Assembly: GCA_030837625.1 (NCBI GenBank)
Contig: JAUPKF010000005.1
Coordinates: forward strand, 1-60,138
Direction of reading: 5' to 3'
Source of the DNA: Patescibacteria group bacterium
GTDB lineage: Bacteria > Patescibacteriota > Minisyncoccia > Moranbacterales > UBA2206
DNA: 60,138 nucleotides
Shown piece after piece: positions 18,804 through 28,312 of the stretch. Both the position numbers and the translations under genes were made by a program. How positions within the stretch are numbered: the stretch's first letter is position 1; the number at the start of each line of letters is the position of its first letter. The notes under the pieces are model-generated. The model had not been told where the DNA came from, did not search any database, and was given only the letters and a program-made list of their open reading frames with translations.

Positions 18804-20090
18804 CTAATCATTTTTTTTGTAATAATCAATCAGAACGTTTCCTGAAATCTCTCTAAGTTGTTTTATTATTTTTTTCAGTTTGCTGATAGAAATATCAATC
18901 TCTTTCCTTGTCGTATATTTCCCGATTGTTACGCGGAGCGACCCGTGGGTTTTTTCCGGTTTCATTCCGAGTGAAAGGAGGACGTGAGACGGCCGGAGTG
19001 ATCCGGACGAGCAAGCCGAGCCGGTGGACGCGGCGATACCTTCCGCGTCCAACATCAAAAGCAAGCTCTCCCCTTCCACGTTTTTGAAAGAAAAGTTGGC
19101 GTTGTTTGGCGAACGTTTTACCTTCGACCCATTCAGCTTTACGTCTGGAATTTCTTTTAATATTTTTTTAATAAGATAATCGCGAAGCGATACAACTATT
19201 TTGATTTTTGATTTTTGATTTTTGATTTCCGCGACAGCCGCTCCTAATCCGACGATTCCCGGCACGTTCAAGGTTCCGGCTCTTTTTCCAAACTCCTGTC
19301 CTCCGCCGTCTTGAACACGCGCGATATTCGTTCCTTTTCTGACATATAAAGCGCCCACACCTTTTGGCCCATAAATCTTGTGCGCCGACATCGAGAGTAA
19401 GTCGACGCCTAATTTATCTACATTGCAATCAAAATAATTGATTGCTTGCGTCGCGTCGGTGTGAAGAAGAATTTTGAATTTTTCAGCCATAGGCTGATCC
19501 GCCTTTGGCGAAGAATTTTGAATTTTGAATTGACTATTGTACTCTTTAACAATCTTTCCTATTTCTTTGATCGGTTGGACCGTTCCGATTTCGTTGTTGA
19601 CGCACATCACAGAAATTAAAATAGTATTTTTCTTGATGGCTTTTTTGATGTCTGCGGCTTTTATAACTCCGTCTTTTTTGGGGTTGATATACGTTACTTC
19701 CGCCAAATTTTCTTTTTCTAGAGACTTACAAGCGTCAAGGACGCAATGATGTTCGAAAGAAGTAGTAACGATATGCGGCTTTTGAGACACTTGGCGTCCA
19801 GAGACACCAAGTGTCTGCTGTGCGGAGCGATACGCTTTTACTACGCCTTTTATGGCAAGATTGTTGGATTCGGTCGCGCCGCTGGTGAAAATTATTTCTT
19901 CAGAATCGCAACCAAAAAAATCCGCCGCTTGCTTTCGGGATTTCTCCACCGCTTGCGATGCTTCTTGCCCAAAGCTATGGAGTGATGAGGCGTTGCCAAA
20001 TCTATCGGAAAAGTACGGCAGCATCGCCTGCATTACTTTTTTATCCACTGGGGTTGTGGCCGCGTAGTCTAAATATATCTTGATAGACAT
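18804..20090 (-). CDS. iscS: cysteine desulfurase
   Basis: YLDYAATTP, HTDATQA, SAHKIYGPKG, SACSSG; start at ATG 20090 (the ORF-track start lies in the MITE). Confidence 0.96.
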   Translation of the reverse strand: MSIKIYLDYAATTPVDKKVMQAMLPYFSDRFGNASSLHSFGQEASQAVEKSRKQAADFFGCDSEEIIFTSGATESNNLAIKGVVKAYRSAQQTLGVSGRQVSQKPHIVTTSFEHHCVLDACKSLEKENLAEVTYINPKKDGVIKAADIKKAIKKNTILISVMCVNNEIGTVQPIKEIGKIVKEYNSQFKIQNSSPKADQPMAEKFKILLHTDATQAINYFDCNVDKLGVDLLSMSAHKIYGPKGVGALYVRKGTNIARVQDGGGQEFGKRAGTLNVPGIVGLGAAVAEIKNQKSKIKIVVSLRDYLIKKILKEIPDVKLNGSKVKRSPNNANFSFKNVEGESLLLMLDAEGIAASTGSACSSGSLRPSHVLLSLGMKPEKTHGSLRVTIGKYTTRKEIDISISKLKKIIKQLREISGNVLIDYYKKND

Positions 20091-20102
20091 AATTTTAATC
20101 TT

Positions 20103-20249
20103 TGTCATCCTGAGCGGAGTCTTGATGTAATCATCAAGACGAAGTCGAGGGATCTGTTAGCGGCAGTCGTTAGTCTTGTTATTTATAGAAAGTCAATCGA
20201 TAATCGGTAGCAGATTCCTCGACTTCGCTTCACTTCGCTCGGAATGACA
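20103..20249. mobile_element. 147-bp A1 palindromic MITE-like element inside the rrf2-iscS-iscU operon
   Basis: TGTCATCC...GGAATGACA termini with A1 internal motifs. Confidence 0.85.
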
Positions 20250-20261
20250 ACATAAGAATGT

Positions 20262-20648
20262 TTATTTCATTAAATCGCTCAATTTTATCCCATATAAAGT
20301 TTTCCTAATCTGTTCTCCGAGCTTTATCCAAACAAGGCTGGACGGGCATTTATGCATCATCTTACATTTCGTTCCGTAGCATTTGATCAAAATCGGCCCT
20401 TCAGTGCACTCGATAACCTGCCCTACTTTTATCTTCTTAGGATTATCCGCCAAAACGTATCCGCCGTTTTTTCCTTTTGAACTGGTTACAATTCCCCCGC
20501 GCCTCAAATCGCCGGTTATTCTTTCCAGATATTTCACCGATATTCTTTCTTCAGCGGATATTTCCTTGATTGTTTTTTTGGCCGGATAGCTTTTGGCCAA
20601 ACTGACCGCCGCCCGCAAACCATACTCCCCTCTTGTGGAAAATTTCAC
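20262..20648 (-). CDS. Rrf2/IscR-like regulator with three Cys
   Basis: YGLRA, YLERI...L...GIVTSSKGKNGGY.LA, C-x4-C-x5-C; GTG start. Confidence 0.9.
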   Translation of the reverse strand: MKFSTRGEYGLRAAVSLAKSYPAKKTIKEISAEERISVKYLERITGDLRRGGIVTSSKGKNGGYVLADNPKKIKVGQVIECTEGPILIKCYGTKCKMMHKCPSSLVWIKLGEQIRKTLYGIKLSDLMK

Positions 20649-20751
20649 CCCGTTAAATATTCCATAATAACAGCTTATGCTTTTATATATGAAATGATCT
20701 TAATTTTTAGCAATTACCCCATTAGAAAAATTATTTAACGGGGTGAAATTT
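20640..20751. repeat. element bounded by perfect 20-bp inverted repeats, overlapping the rrf2 start
   Basis: AAATTTCACCCCGTTAAATA (20640-59) / TATTTAACGGGGTGAAATTT (20732-51). Confidence 0.8.
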
Positions 20752-20757
20752 GTCTAT

Positions 20758-20811
20758 AAAGTATACTGAATTAGTATGCTTTCAGTTTATCATACGAAAA
20801 AATCTTGTCAA
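20758..20811 (-). promoter_or_regulatory. putative isc operon promoter and Rrf2 operator
   Basis: TTGACA (20811-06), 16 bp, TGn-TAAACT (20789-84); palindrome AAAGTATACTGAATTAGTATGCTTT at 20758-82. Confidence 0.6.
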
Positions 20812-20856
20812 TGGCGCATACTTGATACATAATACTTGATACTTTATACTTAATTT

Positions 20857-21981
20857 ATGCGCATTTCATACTCCGCTTTTGACACCTATCAAAACTGCCC
20901 GCTAAAGTATAAATTTCAGCAGATTGACCTCATCAGGACGCCTAAATCCAAAGAGGCGGTTTTTGGGACGACGCTGCACTCCGTTATGAAATTTATCCAT
21001 ACGCCGGGTATTCTCTCCCCCACTTTGGATCAGGCGATGGAGCATTTTTCCAATTCTTGGAATCCGGCGGTGTTTGAAAATCCGGACGAAGAGCGGGCGG
21101 CTTTTTCGCAGGGCGTGAAAATTATTCAAGATTATTACAATCGCAACAATCCGGCCGATTTTAATATTGCTAATCTGGAATCACGCTTTCAGATTGAAAT
21201 TGGAGAGAGCGATGATAAACACATAATCTCGGGAATCATAGACCGCATCGATAGAACGGAAGAGGGCTGGGAAATCATCGACTACAAAACCACCAAAAAA
21301 ATGCCGACGCAAGAAAGGGTGGAAAATGACATCCAGTTGTCCGTTTATCTCCAAGCGTTTCTTTCGCAATATCCCAAAGAAATAGAAAACCTGGATAAGA
21401 TAAAAGTCAGCCTATATTTTTTGAAACACGGCGTGAAACTTTCCGCCACCCGGACGAAAGAGCAACTGAAAAAAAGCGAAGAGTTGTTTTTGGAAACGAT
21501 AAAGTTAATCGAGGAACAAAAATTCGAGCCGCAAGTTTCTCCGCTTTGCGACTGGTGCGGATACCAAAACATCTGCCCGATGTGGAAACATAAGTTCAAG
21601 GAAACGCGAAAAATCGACACGGAAGAAATCAACAACGCCATAGATGAATATGTCAACTTGAAATCGGCGATAAGCCTAACTAAAGACCGTCTGGGAAAAC
21701 TGCAGGAGATTATCGTGAATTATATGGCGCAGGAAGGCGTGGAGCGGGTTTTCGGGGAGTCCGGGATTGTCGGACAGAGTCTTCGCCGAACGTATAAATA
21801 CGACGCGAAAAAACTCAAGGAAATTCTCGAGCCTTTGGACAAGTGGGAAGAAATCCTCAAAGTGGATGGCATTGCTCTCAAAAATATCTTAGGCGTCTTG
21901 CCTCTCGACGCCCGCCATGAAATCGAAAAAGCCAAGATTGTGGACAAGGAAACAAAAAGTTTGGTTGTGAAGAAAAAATAA
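20857..21981 (+). CDS. PD-(D/E)XK nuclease (RecB/AddB/Cas4-like) with Fe-S staple Cys and a C-terminal helical domain
   Basis: SYS.FDTY..CPLKY, GIIDRID, IIDYKT, QL..Y, CDWCGYQNIC. Confidence 0.88.
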   Translation: MRISYSAFDTYQNCPLKYKFQQIDLIRTPKSKEAVFGTTLHSVMKFIHTPGILSPTLDQAMEHFSNSWNPAVFENPDEERAAFSQGVKIIQDYYNRNNPADFNIANLESRFQIEIGESDDKHIISGIIDRIDRTEEGWEIIDYKTTKKMPTQERVENDIQLSVYLQAFLSQYPKEIENLDKIKVSLYFLKHGVKLSATRTKEQLKKSEELFLETIKLIEEQKFEPQVSPLCDWCGYQNICPMWKHKFKETRKIDTEEINNAIDEYVNLKSAISLTKDRLGKLQEIIVNYMAQEGVERVFGESGIVGQSLRRTYKYDAKKLKEILEPLDKWEEILKVDGIALKNILGVLPLDARHEIEKAKIVDKETKSLVVKKK

Positions 21982-22074
21982 AACCGACGCAAAACTACGA
22001 AAGATACACGAATCTACGAAAAATATAAAATACTGATATCTAAGTAAACGGACAGTCCGCTCACGCGTTAGGCT

Positions 22075-22800
22075 TTAGTCAGCGGACTGTCCGCTGATGA
22101 CTGTTCCCTTGAATTTTTTTCCTTCCATAATACTTTTCAAATTTTTCAAATTTTTTCCTTCGGCGATGATTACTTCCAATCCGATTTCTTGGGCGAGTTT
22201 CGAGGCGACCGGGTCGAAGGGGGCGTTGAGTCCGGGATCCCAAATATTCCCGACGATACGCCGAAAATCTTTCCAATTTATTTCCTTGATTATTTTCGCG
22301 TCTTTGAATTTGTTGGGATCTTTGTCGCAGACATATCTAATGTTGGAAAGATTGATGAGGGTTTTGGCGCCCAGGCGTTTGGCTAAAATAGTTGCCACGT
22401 AATCCGTGGACCAGCCCGGCCGCCAGCCGGCCGCCACCATAATTTTTTCGCCATGCGCGAAGTGCTCGGTTACGTCGGCTTTGGTGTTGGGGTTTTTGTT
22501 TATCCTGGGATTGGCATATTCGCGAAAAACGGTTTTTATCAAATGCGCGTTCATTCTTGTCGCGTGAATTCCCAGCCAGTCCCGGTCATCCCGGGTAAGC
22601 TTGGTAACTTTTGAAGCCGCTTTTTGGTATTCCCGCGCCGCGTATCCCCCACCGGTGATAATCACGAATTTTTTGCCTTTTTTTATCTCACTAATAATCA
22701 GCGCGCGGAATTTTTTCAAAAAACTCCAGTCGATGCGCTTGGGGACAATAAGGGAACCACCTAAAGATATAACTATAATGTTATTTTTTGTTTGCAGCAT
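22075..22800 (-). CDS. pyrH: UMP kinase, archaeal-type
   Basis: ISLGGSLI, TGGG..AR.Y, D.LGIHATR.NA, PGWSTD, D.DP.K, FDPVA. Confidence 0.9.
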   Translation of the reverse strand: MLQTKNNIIVISLGGSLIVPKRIDWSFLKKFRALIISEIKKGKKFVIITGGGYAAREYQKAASKVTKLTRDDRDWLGIHATRMNAHLIKTVFREYANPRINKNPNTKADVTEHFAHGEKIMVAAGWRPGWSTDYVATILAKRLGAKTLINLSNIRYVCDKDPNKFKDAKIIKEINWKDFRRIVGNIWDPGLNAPFDPVASKLAQEIGLEVIIAEGKNLKNLKSIMEGKKFKGTVISGQSAD

Positions 22801-22841
22801 AAGTAAGTTCAAGTCTAAATTATGAGTGGTCAATATTAAGT

Positions 22842-22976
22842 AAATTCCAAATTACAAGCACCAAATCCCAAATAATATCAAAATTTCAATTTTCAAAATT
22901 CAAAACCATGCTTTTGACATTTGAATTTTGGTCATTGTAATTTATTTGGAATTTGTGATTTTGGATTTGTAATTTT
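22842..22976. repeat. heptamer hairpin element
   Basis: near-identical to 9957-10092. Confidence 0.8.
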
Positions 22977-22987
22977 CGGACAAAAAC

Positions 22988-23410
22988 TCATTCAATGCAG
23001 TTTTTGTCCGGCTGGTATCCTCTCACTTGCGCTTCAGCCGCGTCCTTGAAACAGACCTTGTTTTCCGGCTTTATGCCTTTGGCATAACGGCAGGTCGGCA
23101 AGTGGTATTTATTGGAGTTTTTGGAGCCGACAAGCGTACAGTTTTGAGGCTGGGCATTCTTGTCATTTTGGCCATTTTTCTCTTCCTGGGGCAAATTTTG
23201 GGCTCCTGGAGGGCTTTGCGCAGTGGAGTTATCCACAGCCGCGCCAGCTACGTTTTCGGCAGGTTTTTCAATGATTATCGGTTTTTGGCGCATTTGGGCG
23301 CCTTTTAAGATTCCCGCCTCAAAAGAAATAGCGGACACCAAAATAAAGCCTGCCGCAAGAATAATCTTATATTCATATTTTTCCCAAAAAGCTTTGAATT
23401 TAGCGCGCAT
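22988..23410 (-). CDS. membrane-anchored protein with Ada metal-binding-like domain
   Basis: VGSKNSNKYHLPTC...AEA..RGY.P..NC. Confidence 0.75.
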   Translation of the reverse strand: MRAKFKAFWEKYEYKIILAAGFILVSAISFEAGILKGAQMRQKPIIIEKPAENVAGAAVDNSTAQSPPGAQNLPQEEKNGQNDKNAQPQNCTLVGSKNSNKYHLPTCRYAKGIKPENKVCFKDAAEAQVRGYQPDKNCIE

Positions 23411-23411
23411 A

Positions 23412-23440
23412 TTGACAGTATAGCATAAGTTCGATACAAT
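23412..23440 (+). promoter_or_regulatory. sigma70 promoter of rpmA
   Basis: TTGACA-17 bp-TACAAT. Confidence 0.7.
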
Positions 23441-23510
23441 ATCACTTGTAACTGAAGTTAATTTTTTCTGTATACTAGCTGCTAAATACTAGATACCAGA
23501 TACTAAAAAA

Positions 23511-23789
23511 ATGGCGCATAGAAAAGCTGGAGGCTCTACTCAACTTGGCCGCGATTCGATTTCCAAAAGGCTGGGAGTGAAAAAGTTCGGCAGTGAAAAA
23601 GTGAAAACCGGACAGATCATTATTCGTCAGCGCGGCACGAAGTTTCGCGTCGGCAAAAACGTCGGCCGCGGCGAAGACGACACGCTTTTTGCCTTGAAAG
23701 ACGGCGTAGTTAAATTTGCCGCCAAAAAAGTCCGGATGTTCACCGGGAAATTGGTGTCGAAAAGATTTGTGTCGGTCGTGGAAAAATAA
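23511..23789 (+). CDS. rpmA: 50S ribosomal protein L27
   Basis: [37 protein letters not shown]. Confidence 0.98.
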   Translation: MAHRKAGGSTQLGRDSISKRLGVKKFGSEKVKTGQIIIRQRGTKFRVGKNVGRGEDDTLFALKDGVVKFAAKKVRMFTGKLVSKRFVSVVEK

Positions 23790-23821
23790 AACTTGCGAAA
23801 GCAGAGCAAATCGAAACTAAT

Positions 23822-23854
23822 AAAAAGCGAACTTGTTAAATAAGTTCGCTTTTT
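23822..23854. terminator. bidirectional terminator (rpmA/pyrG)
   Basis: AAAAAGCGAACTT...AAGTTCGCTTTTT. Confidence 0.8.
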
Positions 23855-23877
23855 ATATTCGCTCCCATTTGCTAACA

Positions 23878-25518
23878 TTAGCTCTGCTTTTGTGAGTAAC
23901 TCACCTTTACAAACTCCAAAAACAATGGATGCGCGTCAATTGGTGAAGATTTCAGTTCCGGATGGAATTGAGTTCCCAGAAAGAATGGATGGGCAGAACG
24001 GGGCAATTCGGTGATTTCCATCAGTTTTCTATCCGGTGAAATTCCAGAAAAGACCAAACCGCCTTTTTCCAGTTCAGCTACATATTCAGGATTAACCTCC
24101 CAACGGTGGCGGTGGCGCTCGGAAATTTTAGCTTTTTTGTAAGCGCCGTAAGCAATGGTTTCTTTCTTAAGGCTGGCCGGATAGGCGCCCAGGCGCATCG
24201 TGGCACCGTAATTGGAATCTTCCAAGTTCTTTTTTTGCTCCGGCATAATGTCGATAACAGGATATTTCGTATCTCGATTGATTTCGGTCGTATTGGCGCC
24301 TGTCATTCCAAGGACATTTCTGGCAAATTCAATGACGGCCAATTGCATTCCATAACACAACCCGAAAAACGGAATTTTATTTTCCCGCAGGAATTGGATA
24401 GCTTTTATTTTTCCTTCGATGCCTCGCGAACCGAATCCGCCCGGAACAATCACGCCGTCATATTCCCTGAGAGTTTCCAATTTATCCGGTTCTTTTTCGA
24501 AAACTTCACTGTTAATCCAACCGATTTCCGGCTTAAGCTCCAGTTTGTAAGCCGCGTGCTTGATGGCTTCGATAACGGATATATACGCGTCGGAAAGGAC
24601 AAAATCTCCCGTGCCGAAATATTTTCCCACCACGCCTATTTTGATCTTGTTTTTGGAGCGCTTAACTCTTTCGACCAAGTCGTACCATTCTTTCATATCG
24701 GTCTTCCCGTAGGGAAGATCCAGTTTCTTAAGAAGCAGACGGCTCAAGTCGTCTCTTTCGAAATTTATGGGAATTTCATAAATGCTGGCGACATCCGGGG
24801 CGCTTATCACGGAACGCTCGGGAACATTGCAAAACAGGGAGATTTTTTCCTTTCTTCTTTGGTCCAAAAACGTGGCGCTCCGGGCGATAATGAAATCCGG
24901 CTGGACGCCTGTTCCGTTCAAGGTTCTTACCGCGTGTTGGGTAGGCTTTGTTTTCATTTCTCCGATGGTGGAAGGAACCGGCAAGTAGCTCAACATAACC
25001 ACCGCCACATCCTCGGGATTCTTCAGTTTCATCATCCGCACTGCTTCCACAAAAAGGATGTTTTCATACTCGCCTACCGTTCCGCCGATTTCTATTATAG
25101 TAATGTCGGACTTGGCTTTGGCGGAAGCTTTTTCTATCCTGTTAATGACTTCCAACGGAATATGGGGAACGACTTGCACGCATTTTCCGTTGTAGCAAAG
25201 ATTTCTCTCTTTATGAATGACTGTTTCATAGACGCGGCCGGTAGTCATATAGTTGTCATTCGGAAGAGTCACACCTAAAAATCTTTCGTAGTTTCCCATA
25301 TCCTGGTCGGTCTCGTATCCGTCATCCAAAACAAAAACTTCTCCGTGTTCCGTGGGATTCATCGTGCCGGCGTCGACGTTTATGTAGGGATCAACTTTAA
25401 TGGCGGTAACCTTGTATCCGCGTCCCTTGAGAATCGCTCCGATGGAAGCGGCGGCTACGCCCTTCCCCACTCCGCTCATCACTCCCCCGACAACAAAGAT
25501 GTACTTACGGTTCCGCAT
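23878..25518 (-). CDS. pyrG: CTP synthase
   Basis: GGVMSGVGKG, DPYINVDAGTM, KTKPTQH, GLCYGMQ, ERHRHR, QFHPE. Confidence 0.98.
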   Translation of the reverse strand: MRNRKYIFVVGGVMSGVGKGVAAASIGAILKGRGYKVTAIKVDPYINVDAGTMNPTEHGEVFVLDDGYETDQDMGNYERFLGVTLPNDNYMTTGRVYETVIHKERNLCYNGKCVQVVPHIPLEVINRIEKASAKAKSDITIIEIGGTVGEYENILFVEAVRMMKLKNPEDVAVVMLSYLPVPSTIGEMKTKPTQHAVRTLNGTGVQPDFIIARSATFLDQRRKEKISLFCNVPERSVISAPDVASIYEIPINFERDDLSRLLLKKLDLPYGKTDMKEWYDLVERVKRSKNKIKIGVVGKYFGTGDFVLSDAYISVIEAIKHAAYKLELKPEIGWINSEVFEKEPDKLETLREYDGVIVPGGFGSRGIEGKIKAIQFLRENKIPFFGLCYGMQLAVIEFARNVLGMTGANTTEINRDTKYPVIDIMPEQKKNLEDSNYGATMRLGAYPASLKKETIAYGAYKKAKISERHRHRWEVNPEYVAELEKGGLVFSGISPDRKLMEITELPRSAHPFFLGTQFHPELKSSPIDAHPLFLEFVKVSYSQKQS

Positions 25519-25619
25519 ACTAGAAAGTTTGGAGTCAATGGATTATTTTTGTTTTTTTAATCCAAAAACCCAATTGTTAAATTGTTATATTGTTAAATGG
25601 TTAACAATTCTTTCCAGAC

Positions 25620-25647
25620 AAAAAGTCGCCTTCCCCTGCGACTTTTT
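25620..25647 (-). terminator. putative terminator after rplI
   Basis: AAAAAGTCGC/GCGACTTTTT. Confidence 0.6.
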
Positions 25648-25671
25648 AAAAACATTATTTTTGAAGATTCT

Positions 25672-26112
25672 TTATTCCCCCGTTACTTCCAACTTTATTT
25701 TCGCTTCGACTTCCGGCGCGAGAGTTATTCTGATTTCATATTCGCCGGTTTTCTTGATTGCTTCTTTTATTATAATACTTTTTTCCGGTACTGCCAAATT
25801 TTCTTTTTCAAGTTCCGAGGCGATGTCTTTGGCTGTTATGGAGCCAAAAAGCTTTCCTTTTTTTTCGCGTTTTTTCAAGACAATTCTTTTGTTTTTCAGT
25901 TTTTCCGCCAATTCGCGAAGCTTTTCCAACTTTGCTTTTCCAGCCGCTTTTTCTTCCTCCTTCTTTGTTTCCGCTATTTTCACCGCCTCTTCCGTCGCAA
26001 TTGCCGCCAATTTTTTAGGCAACAAAAAATTCCGGGCATAACCTTCCGATACATCTTTAATATCATTTTGTTTACCTAGGGATTTAATGTCTTGAAGTAG
26101 AATTATTTTCAT
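25672..26112 (-). CDS. rplI: 50S ribosomal protein L9
   Basis: MKIILLQDI..LG, V..GYARNFLLP, KLFGSIT. Confidence 0.97.
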   Translation of the reverse strand: MKIILLQDIKSLGKQNDIKDVSEGYARNFLLPKKLAAIATEEAVKIAETKKEEEKAAGKAKLEKLRELAEKLKNKRIVLKKREKKGKLFGSITAKDIASELEKENLAVPEKSIIIKEAIKKTGEYEIRITLAPEVEAKIKLEVTGE

Positions 26113-26127
26113 AGTATCATTTTCGGA

Positions 26128-27432
26128 CTATTTAATCTTTTCTTTCAACACTTCTACCGCTCTGTCAAATTGCGGATCCCTATTATTATTGAAATCATCA
26201 AGTGTCAAATCAACTTCAATATCGGGATTGATGCCTTTGTCCATAATGTAATCCCCGTTGGGCGTGAGCCATTTAGCGACGGTTATTTTCACGCTGGAAC
26301 CTCCCGGCAGAGTTTTCAGCTCTTGGACAGAACCCTTGCCAAATGATTTTTTGCCGATAAGGGTTATGCCCTGGTTGTCCCGCAAGGCGCCGGCCAATAT
26401 TTCTGAAGCGCTGGCGCTGCCTTCATTGATAAGGACAACTGTGGGAAGCGCGCTCAGCTTGTCTCCGCCGATGGTGCGCAAGTCCTCTTTCCTGCCCATA
26501 CTGTCTTCTTCCGTCACAACTGTTTTTCCTCGAGGAATCATCCGGCTGGCGATTTCTACTGATTGGTCGAGCAGACCGCCGGGATTATTGCGAAGATCCA
26601 AAATTATGCCCTTGGCGTTTTTGGAAATTATTTGGTTAACGGTTTGGTCGAATTCTTCGGAGGTGGTTTCTCCGAATTTGGTCAGTTTTACATAGGCGAT
26701 GTCATCTTCTTTAAATTCCAGCTTGATACTTTTAATTTCAATTTTTCCTCGAAGTATCGTTACTTCTCTCGTTTCTTCCGCGCCAACTTGCAAAATCGTC
26801 AGCTTTACTTCCGTTCCGCTTTTCCCCCGGATGATTTCCACCGCTTCGTCGATGGTCATATCGGCCACGATTCGGTCGCCGACTTTCAATATTTTATCGC
26901 CCGCCCGAAGTCCGGCGCGCTGGGCCGGGGAATCTTCCAATGGAGCAATAACCGTCAAAATATCATCCTTGATTCCCAATTCCGCTCCGATTCCTTCAAA
27001 ACTTCCCTCCAATTCTTCATTGAACGACTTGCTTTCTTTGGGATCAAAAAAAGAAGTGTAAGGATCGCCGGTAGCTTTAAGCATTCCTCTTATAGCGCCG
27101 TAAACCAATTCTTGCGCGTTCAAATTGGCTTTTTCAATGTGCTTTTCTTTGACCAAATCCCAGACTTTCCAAAAAAGCGAAAAATCGACGTCTAGATTTT
27201 CCGGAGGCAAGTTGTTTTCAATGACAGACCGGTCTAAAGGAATATTTATTTCTCCTTGATCTTCAATGATAGCGCTATTTTTTCCTATGTCTCGCCCCAA
27301 AAAGAACGCGCCGAAAACAAAAAAAATAAACGCGAAAACAATCAAAGATCGCTTGAAGATTCTTCGATTTTTTTCCAAGCTATATTCAGGAGGCTCCACG
27401 CCGCCCAAGTTCTTTAAATCATTTTCATCCAT
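26128..27432 (-). CDS. S41A C-terminal processing protease with PDZ domain
   Basis: GDPYT, FEGIGA, DLRNNPGG, SASASE, FGKGSVQ. Confidence 0.93.
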   Translation of the reverse strand: MDENDLKNLGGVEPPEYSLEKNRRIFKRSLIVFAFIFFVFGAFFLGRDIGKNSAIIEDQGEINIPLDRSVIENNLPPENLDVDFSLFWKVWDLVKEKHIEKANLNAQELVYGAIRGMLKATGDPYTSFFDPKESKSFNEELEGSFEGIGAELGIKDDILTVIAPLEDSPAQRAGLRAGDKILKVGDRIVADMTIDEAVEIIRGKSGTEVKLTILQVGAEETREVTILRGKIEIKSIKLEFKEDDIAYVKLTKFGETTSEEFDQTVNQIISKNAKGIILDLRNNPGGLLDQSVEIASRMIPRGKTVVTEEDSMGRKEDLRTIGGDKLSALPTVVLINEGSASASEILAGALRDNQGITLIGKKSFGKGSVQELKTLPGGSSVKITVAKWLTPNGDYIMDKGINPDIEVDLTLDDFNNNRDPQFDRAVEVLKEKIK

Positions 27433-27434
27433 AT

Positions 27435-28244
27435 TTAGCTATGTTTAGGCGCTGGCTTGCCCAAATATTTCCAAAAGTATTTTAGAGCGCTTAGTATATG
27501 AACCCAAGCCAGTTTTTTAGAAAGCAGGGTTTTTAAAACCCCTTGACCGGCTGAACCGCGTCCGTGATAATGGTACATCTGGGATTCAGGATTATATACA
27601 ACTTTGTAACCTTTTTCCCAGAACCTGCGGCACCAATCAGTATCTTCAAAATATAATTTATATCGTAAATCCATCAATCCTACTTTTTCAATCGCCTTTC
27701 TTCTAATCATGAGAGCTGAGCCCATCAGCCAGTCCACCTCCCTGATAGACTTGTGATCAAAATCTTTCATTAAAAAACTATCCAAGTGTTTTTGAGCAAA
27801 ACCGAGTTTTCCCAAAAAAGTCCGCCGATAAACTATTGTCATCGGCTCATAAAAGCGGTAACAGGAGAATTGGAGAGATTCATTGAAATTGAGAAGCTGG
27901 GGACCAGCCATGCCGACACTGGGGTTGTCTCTTACATATTCCAAAAGCTTTTCAATGGAGCCTTTTTTTACAATTACATCTCCATTAAGAAACAATAAAT
28001 AGTCTCCCCTACTTGTTTCGTAGGCAACCTCAACTAATCGAGCTAATCCAACATTTTCATCGAAAGGAAAGAATTTTATCTCCGGAAAATTTTCCCGCAT
28101 CAACATCTCCGTATCTTCTCCCGTTTCGCTGTCCGATACAATTATCTCACAATCCGTAATCGCTATATTCCTCTTGACCGAATCAATGCAAACTTTCAGA
28201 AGTTCGGGATTCTTGTAACTGGTGATAATAATGGATAACAACAT
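27435..28244 (-). CDS. GT2 glycosyltransferase (rhamnosyltransferase-like)
   Basis: SIIITSY, LFLNGD, WLMGSALM, YFEDTDWC; start at 28244. Confidence 0.9.
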   Translation of the reverse strand: MLLSIIITSYKNPELLKVCIDSVKRNIAITDCEIIVSDSETGEDTEMLMRENFPEIKFFPFDENVGLARLVEVAYETSRGDYLLFLNGDVIVKKGSIEKLLEYVRDNPSVGMAGPQLLNFNESLQFSCYRFYEPMTIVYRRTFLGKLGFAQKHLDSFLMKDFDHKSIREVDWLMGSALMIRRKAIEKVGLMDLRYKLYFEDTDWCRRFWEKGYKVVYNPESQMYHYHGRGSAGQGVLKTLLSKKLAWVHILSALKYFWKYLGKPAPKHS

Positions 28245-28305
28245 GAAACATGAAACATGAAACATGAAACAAGCTTTGCTGTTTCATGTTTCATGTTATG
28301 TGTTG
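28240..28305. repeat. CATGAAA heptamer hairpin element
   Basis: (CATGAAA)x4 then TTTCATG TTTCATG TTATG. Confidence 0.8.
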
Positions 28306-28312
28306 CGTGACC

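Noticed and set aside
20857-21981. Cas4/CRISPR system
   Set aside because: The nuclease is Cas4/AddB-like, but no cas1/cas2 and no repeat-spacer array are present; the palindromes here are dispersed, not regularly spaced.
24106-25278. Long antisense ORFs (also 10360-11022, 56348-57316, 53463-54170, 26563-27195 and others)
   Set aside because: They lie wholly opposite well-supported genes and have no recognisable motifs; treated as shadow ORFs.
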